From: an uncultured bacterium
GTDB lineage: Bacteria > Chlamydiota > Chlamydiia > Chlamydiales > SM23-39
Length of the DNA stretch: 27,395 nt
Assembly: GCA_964355615.1 (NCBI GenBank)
Contig: CAYHED010000001.1
Span: forward strand, 1-27,395
Reading direction: 5' to 3'
The position numbers were made by a program, and so were the translations under genes. Below, one piece after another: positions 25,733 to 27,395 of the stretch (the stretch's first letter is position 1; each line of letters begins with the position of its first letter). The notes beneath the pieces were generated by a model. It saw only the letters and a list, made by a program, of their open reading frames with translations. It did not search any database and was not told the origin of the DNA.

Positions 25733-26212
25733 ATGAAACAAGTTCGCACCTACTCGATTTTTTTAGCTCGGCTTTTGATCAGCGTTGTTTTTCTCGCGGC
25801 GGCGCTGGATAAAATTTTTCATTGGCACGAGGCTGAAAGGGCACTGTCTAATATGCTGTGTGAGTGGCAGGGCTATCTCGGTTCGAATGAGGGGTTGCAG
25901 AGCTGTTTTGCTGCGGTCACCCCTTGGTCTCCTCTGATTTTGATTGTCTCCACCTTTTTTGAACTCATTGGGGGGCTCCTGATTCTCCTTGGGGTCAGGG
26001 AAAAATTGGGGGCGGGACTCATTATGGCCATCCTGATCCCCACGACCGTCCTCATGTACCCCTTTTGGTTCATGGAGGGGATGGAAAGGGGGCTGCAGAC
26101 CATTTTCTTCCTGAAGAATTTAGGGATTCTCGGCGGGCTGATCCTCGTTGCCATCCATGGAGTTCAGGTCAAGTCGGGCCCCTCCCCGTTCACGAGCTTT
26201 AAAATTGGTTAA
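25733..26212 (+). CDS. DoxX-family membrane protein
   Basis: LARLLISVVFLAAALDKI, FELIGGLLILLG and FFLKNLGILGGLIL; four hydrophobic segments. Confidence 0.85.
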   Translation: MKQVRTYSIFLARLLISVVFLAAALDKIFHWHEAERALSNMLCEWQGYLGSNEGLQSCFAAVTPWSPLILIVSTFFELIGGLLILLGVREKLGAGLIMAILIPTTVLMYPFWFMEGMERGLQTIFFLKNLGILGGLILVAIHGVQVKSGPSPFTSFKIG

Positions 26213-27395
26213 TTTCATTGTCAGCTTTTTGATTGTCGCTCTCGGGCAATCGGCTTGGGTTCCCTGGCTGGGGCCTGTCGCTGCCGCCTGTGGCTACGCT
26301 CTTTTATGGCGCTCTACGACCCGTTTTTGGCCCACGACCCTTTGGTTTACAGCGGTCCAACTGGTTCAGATTTCTTGGCTTGCGACCCTCGATTACATGC
26401 CGTTTGCCATGGTTTTCGTCTACCTTGCTCTCGCTTTTCTTTTGGGGCTCCAGTTCGGCTGGGTTTCGCGCTTGACTCACCGCCCACTGGCTCTCGCTGG
26501 GGGATGGGTCCTTCTCGAATGGTCGCGCCTCTTTCTCTTTGCTGGGTTTCCTTGGAATCCGGTGGGTTCGAGCTTGGCTACGACCTCGGCCTCGATCCAA
26601 TTTGCTTCTCTCTTTGGCGTGTACGGCCTCTCTTTTTGGGTCTTCCTCGTCAATGCCCTGTGGCTCCAGCGGAAAAAGACCCTTTGGGCCATTTGCGCTT
26701 TAGTCCCTTATGTCTTTGGATTTGTCCAGCAACAGATCGTTGCGCCCTCTTCGAGTACCCTCTCCGTAGCTCTTGTACAGACAGGTCTTTTTCCCCATGA
26801 AAAAATGCCCGTCCGAGAATACCCCGGCGCCTTTATCCCTGCATTGACTCAGTGGGAACGGGTTCTTTCTTCCATAAAGCCCGCTGAGTTGATCGTGTTG
26901 CCTGAGGCGTCTTTCCCGTTTGAGGTAGGTGGCGCTTACCACTCGGTCAAACAGGTGAGAACCCTTTGGAAAAAATGTCTGAGGACGGAGCTTCCCGCCA
27001 CGCTCAAAAAGCGGGTGAGCAATGGGTGGATTGCGCAACAACTCGCAGACCATTTGGGAGCGCAGGTGGTCGCCGGATTTGACGATTATGAAAAGGAACA
27101 CTCCTACAACGCCGCCTTCCTCTTTTCTCCTCAGAAACTGGCGCCAGAGCGGTATGAGAAACGAACTCTCATGCCAGCTGTAGAGTACGTCCCCCCTTTT
27201 GCCGCACAGTTTTTATCGACTCATTTTGGCCTCACCTCCTCTTTTGATGAGGGGGTGGAAGCGAAAGTCTTTGCCTCTCGAGTTCCTCTCGGCATCGCCA
27301 TTTGCTCCGACGAGGCCTATAGCGATATCGTCCGCCAAGAGCGGGCGAAGGGAGCGGAACTCCTTGTGAGCATTTCGAACGACGGCTGGTATCCT
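26205..27395 (+). CDS. lnt: Apolipoprotein N-acyltransferase, runs off the right edge of the window
   Basis: Absent from the ORF track. Hand translation from TTG 26205 is open to the window end: MVNFIVSFLIVALGQSAW...LLEWSRLFLFAGFPW...GVYGLSF...IVLPEASF...YNAAF...YEKRTLMP...AICSDE...SNDGWY, containing the nitrilase-fold E, K and C residues. Confidence 0.92.
   Translation, partial: MVNFIVSFLIVALGQSAWVPWLGPVAAACGYALLWRSTTRFWPTTLWFTAVQLVQISWLATLDYMPFAMVFVYLALAFLLGLQFGWVSRLTHRPLALAGGWVLLEWSRLFLFAGFPWNPVGSSLATTSASIQFASLFGVYGLSFWVFLVNALWLQRKKTLWAICALVPYVFGFVQQQIVAPSSSTLSVALVQTGLFPHEKMPVREYPGAFIPALTQWERVLSSIKPAELIVLPEASFPFEVGGAYHSVKQVRTLWKKCLRTELPATLKKRVSNGWIAQQLADHLGAQVVAGFDDYEKEHSYNAAFLFSPQKLAPERYEKRTLMPAVEYVPPFAAQFLSTHFGLTSSFDEGVEAKVFASRVPLGIAICSDEAYSDIVRQERAKGAELLVSISNDGWYP

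Noticed and set aside
26233-27101. ORFs 26233-26475, 26255-26800 and 26700-27101 suggesting a fragmented gene
   Set aside because: The third + frame is open from 26205 to the window end and encodes intact Lnt; the listed ORFs are alternative-frame artefacts.
1-27395. tRNA, rRNA, integrase or transposase genes
   Set aside because: No cloverleaf with T-loop/D-loop consensus, no rRNA-like stretch, and no DDE, HUH or tyrosine-recombinase motifs were seen.

Overview
This window looks like a chromosome segment from an environmental member of Chlamydiae. The call rests on core gene order that follows the Chlamydia block mip-hisS-uhpC-dnaE-bamD-like-lptE-like-rsbW-CT550-like-dacC, followed by rsmA, a SurA-like gene, an RsmB/Fmu-type methyltransferase, doxX and lnt. 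Accessory genes are inserted at three places in this backbone. (1) An AT-richer, tightly coupled four-gene operon at 2144-8568 encodes a tandem-cNMP/BFD-[2Fe-2S]/FNR reductase, an AlkB-family diiron membrane oxygenase, a flavin monooxygenase and a cNMP-patatin lipase; next to it is a frameshifted secreted Ntox50-type toxin with a two-repeat immunity-like gene. (2) A cyclopropane-fatty-acid-synthase-like methyltransferase lies between uhpC and dnaE. (3) A flavoprotein resembling PUFA isomerase, split at a C8 tract, lies between dnaE and bamD. Intergenic DNA holds several families of palindromic MITE/REP-like elements: a 116-bp Y-shaped hairpin present twice with covarying stems, ERIC-like TATA-ended elements, and a ~205-bp element that appears to supply the bamD stop codon and most of the downstream lipoprotein signal peptide. 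Several core genes have a -10 box only 6-8 nt before the start codon, which suggests leaderless mRNAs. The best candidate for an undescribed system is the cyclic-nucleotide-gated lipid oxidation operon. I saw no tRNA, rRNA, CRISPR array, transposase or nucleotide cyclase. All family calls come from motif reading and recall, not from database searches.
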